Below, one piece after another: positions 61,307-64,000 of a stretch of DNA of 64,000 nt; position 1 is the stretch's first letter; the number at the start of each line of letters is the position of its first letter. The translations under genes were made by a program, and so were the position numbers. The stretch covers positions 3,456,001 to 3,520,000 of the forward strand of contig CAVUDP010000002.1 of NCBI GenBank assembly GCA_963740315.1, read 5' to 3'. The notes below the pieces were generated by a model. The model had not been told where the DNA came from and ran no database searches. It saw only the letters and a list, made by a program, of their open reading frames with translations. The stretch comes from an uncultured cyanobacterium. GTDB taxonomy: Bacteria > Cyanobacteriota > Cyanobacteriia > Cyanobacteriales > Nostocaceae.

Positions 61307-62638
61307 TTACCACATTTGCCAATCTTGTCTAGGGGAAAAATAATCACGATATCCAGCATAAAAAGTTTGTGAATAATTCCCTGGATTTAGGTTTGCCCAT
61401 TGTTTTCTAACATCTAAACTGTGGAAATGAACTACATCAATATACTGAGTAGAAATTTGATTAAAAACAAGCACTTCAGCTTGAGGATGAGTTGTAAAAT
61501 TACTTGGGATATCTAAAGTTTCACGTTTAATACGACCGTAATTAGAGAACATATTTTTTAAAGCTTCAGGTTGTTTCTTTGCTTGAGTTCTTCTTTGTGC
61601 AATATTTTCTTTGGCATTGTTTGAAGCTGCATTCTCTTGATAAAATTTACAATCTAGTTCCCATAAAATGGAGGGTTTGAGAAGCAAAACAACCCAATCC
61701 GAACGATTATTAAAACTATACTTGTAAAACATTTTGTAGTTAGGAAAGCTGATGCTCAAGCAGATGGCTTCTCGCTGTCCATCTAAACGGTGAATGTCAT
61801 TATACTTAGGTGCCTCTACCCATGACATACTTTCAAGTTGCGATCGTCCTAATAAACCATGCTGCAAAATACTATTTAGATTAGCGATATGGGTAAAGTG
61901 TACCAATACTTCAATTCCATACATCTGGCATATTTTTTGTATCTCGGATGCACGTAATTGTAATCTGGTTTGACGCTGTTGCTCTGCTGCAATGCGTTCT
62001 GCTTCTTGAGCAGCTAGAATCTGCGCTTTACGTTCGGCTTCGTGTTTTCTCCGTTGCTCTGCTTCTGAACGTTCTTTTTCTTGAAGATATTTTAAATACT
62101 TTAGACGTTCAGCTTCCTTTTTTCTTCGTCGTTCAGCTTCTAAACGTTCCTTTTCTCGAATAGCTTCTAAGCGCTTTAAGCGTTCAGCTTTTCTTTTCTT
62201 TCGTTCTTCTTCCTCAGCTTCTTTTCTTTGACGTTGTAATCTCTCCCGTTCATGAATTAAATCATCTGTACAAATTTGCCCAACTAATAAAAGCGTTATT
62301 TGATTGAGCCAATGAGGAGTAGGAGCGTCTATATCGTGCCATAATCCTTGAATCTTTGCTGTCAGACTATCTAATTCTTTACTTGGTATATCTTCTGCAC
62401 TTAACCACAGCTTACTTACCTGTTCACCCTTACCAGTTTTCTCAACTTCATACCAAAAACTGACATCATCATATGAACCACTGTCTAGCTTTTGAGCTAG
62501 TTCATGGTATTCGTGCTTAATTGTCTTAATATGAAAGAAAATTTCTCGTGTCGATTGCTTGTCGCGCAGGGTACGCTTAACAAACCCAAATCCCCTTTCC
62601 GCATTGTATTTTTGGACACTACCGAAATCTATTGTCAC
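61307..62638 (-). CDS. darT: DarT (DUF4433) DNA ADP-ribosyltransferase with N-terminal cold-shock domain and charged coiled coil
   Basis: LVHFTH..NL.SIL.HGL, RLDG, CLSISFPN.KMF, NAAS, QAEVLV; N-terminal RGFGFV/IFFHI RNP motifs; GTG start with a GAGG RBS. Confidence 0.85.
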   Translation of the reverse strand: MTIDFGSVQKYNAERGFGFVKRTLRDKQSTREIFFHIKTIKHEYHELAQKLDSGSYDDVSFWYEVEKTGKGEQVSKLWLSAEDIPSKELDSLTAKIQGLWHDIDAPTPHWLNQITLLLVGQICTDDLIHERERLQRQRKEAEEEERKKRKAERLKRLEAIREKERLEAERRRKKEAERLKYLKYLQEKERSEAEQRRKHEAERKAQILAAQEAERIAAEQQRQTRLQLRASEIQKICQMYGIEVLVHFTHIANLNSILQHGLLGRSQLESMSWVEAPKYNDIHRLDGQREAICLSISFPNYKMFYKYSFNNRSDWVVLLLKPSILWELDCKFYQENAASNNAKENIAQRRTQAKKQPEALKNMFSNYGRIKRETLDIPSNFTTHPQAEVLVFNQISTQYIDVVHFHSLDVRKQWANLNPGNYSQTFYAGYRDYFSPRQDWQMW

Positions 62639-62897
62639 TGCTTTAACCTCATAGTAGGTTAAACCCCTTAGAAGACTATGCTTATATCGGTAGGGTACCC
62701 ATTAGGGAAAAAATCATAGCAGGGAAATGAAATTAAAGTGACAATATTTTATTAGAAACAAACTTGACTCTCTATAGTGATTAAAACTAAAACAAAATTA
62801 TATTTACGTATTTTTACGCAAGTAGAAAAAGGTGGCAGTTATATTCGCCATCCCTTACATAAAAAATAATCTTTCTAAAATCTTCCACAAATCACCC

Positions 62898-63146
62898 CTA
62901 CTTATTCGCATCCAACTCAACATTAGACTGCTGACTTCTACTTACCCTCGCAGCTTCTAACTTCTGACGAATCGCAGCTTGAACTTTATCATCAAAATCG
63001 GCATCACCCGCACTTGCAATAATTCTCAGCGGACGTTGATTGATTCTCTCTAAATATCCTTGAAAAGCAGTTTCATCTCCACGATGTTTAAGAAAATACT
63101 GTTTTAACTCAGCATCGGACATTGCATTATAGTTAACTAGGCTCAT
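62898..63146 (-). CDS. DUF6887-like small cyanobacterial protein
   Basis: NYNAMSDAELKQYFLKHRGD..AF motif; start at ATG 63146. Confidence 0.65.
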   Translation of the reverse strand: MSLVNYNAMSDAELKQYFLKHRGDETAFQGYLERINQRPLRIIASAGDADFDDKVQAAIRQKLEAARVSRSQQSNVELDANK

Positions 63147-63237
63147 CAGCAAAATCCCCCAAAGGTAAAATTTGGAACTTATTCCGCAACGCCGCACCAC
63201 TTTTGTATGATAAGAGAATCTTTCCTTGAGGCATTCG

Positions 63238-63462
63238 ATGAATAACTTATTAACTCGGATTACCCAAATACCCGGTCAGTGCGGTGGTCGCCCTTGCATT
63301 CGAGGTATGAGAATTAGGGTGAGCGATATTTTAGAAATGTTGGCAGAAAATGTTAGTACTACTGAAATTTTAGAAGACTTTCCCGATCTAGAACCTGAAG
63401 ATATCCAAGCTTGTCTACTGTTTGCTGCACGACGCACTGATTTCTCTCGTTTGACTGCATGA
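63238..63462 (+). CDS. DUF433 antitoxin (VapB45-like)
   Basis: RIT..PGQCGGRPCIRGMRI.V...LE.LA......ILEDFPDLE.EDI.ACL. Confidence 0.9.
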   Translation: MNNLLTRITQIPGQCGGRPCIRGMRIRVSDILEMLAENVSTTEILEDFPDLEPEDIQACLLFAARRTDFSRLTA

Positions 63463-63800
63463 AAATTTGGATTGATGCTCAGTTACCCCCAACCTTAGCA
63501 AACTGGATCGCAAATACTTTTAGCTTAGAGGCTTCAGCACTGCGAGATATTGGATTACGAGACTCAAAAGATACCGATATTTTTGAAGCGGCGCGGACTG
63601 TTAACGCAGTCATCATCACAAAAGATAGTGACTTCGTTGACTTGGTATGTCGGCTAGGCACACCACCCCAAATTATTTGGCTAACTTGTGGCAACGTCAC
63701 TAATCGTTATCTACGTGAACTTCTCATTGTCACATTACCCGATGCATTGGAAAGATTACGACAAGGAGAAATGATTGTAGAAATTAGTAGTACGAACTAA
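63459..63800 (+). CDS. DUF5615 PIN-like toxin (VapC45-like)
   Basis: MKIWIDAQLPP, D.DIF, ITKDSDF, WLTCGN; ATGA overlap with the DUF433 gene. Confidence 0.9.
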   Translation: MKIWIDAQLPPTLANWIANTFSLEASALRDIGLRDSKDTDIFEAARTVNAVIITKDSDFVDLVCRLGTPPQIIWLTCGNVTNRYLRELLIVTLPDALERLRQGEMIVEISSTN

Positions 63801-63928
63801 GCGATTTGCTTATTCATCTAATAGCTTAATTTAGGCGAAACTTGTTCAGAGGTTGGTTATGTAGAAGCGAAGTCGTCCCCAACCCCTTCAATTAGAGATA
63901 ATATTTTCAAAGCATTAATTATCCACCG

Positions 63929-64000
63929 ATGACTCAAGCCTTACCCAAACTTGTTACCTTCGAGGAATTTATCGATCGCCTACCTGAATCCGGGGTACGC
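63929..64000 (+). CDS. Uma2-family protein, N-terminal fragment at the window edge
   Basis: MTQALPKLVTFEEFIDRLPESGVR resembles cyanobacterial Uma2 starts. Confidence 0.65.
   Translation, partial: MTQALPKLVTFEEFIDRLPESGVR

Overview
AT-rich cyanobacterial chromosome segment. Abundant HIP1 (GCGATCGC), psbA, 7-8 nt STRR-type tandem repeats and devBCA suggest a filamentous, probably heterocyst-forming Nostocales genome (inferred). Housekeeping genes (miaA, glcD, slyD-like PPIase, nnrE/D, mnmA, sat, MTA phosphorylase, psbA, tRNA-Pro, lipA, RlmL-like methylase) alternate with accessory modules. These include a TetR-devB-devC-TMEM175-methyltransferase-devA exporter operon between two Uma2 paralogs, a tandem double-domain glutaminase, an OmpR-type two-component system next to htrA and a Spy/CpxP-like gene, a catalytically altered caspase-like protein, and an HTH-NB-ARC-WD40 STAND protein divergent from a SnoaL-like gene. 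A 9 kb glycosyltransferase/Wzm-Wzt/sulfotransferase cluster is bracketed by a duplicated gene start. A toxin-antitoxin/defence patch at the right end contains a DarTG1-like pair whose DarT carries an N-terminal cold-shock domain and a long charged helix. The most notable observations are (i) the CSD-DarT1/NADAR system, (ii) three identically built direct-repeat promoters next to the two-component system, one of which fires into an ORF-less, hairpin-forming region (candidate envelope-stress sRNA), and (iii) several families of REP/MITE-like dispersed repeats, including a 4x110 bp array. All calls are by-eye motif recognition; no database searches were run.
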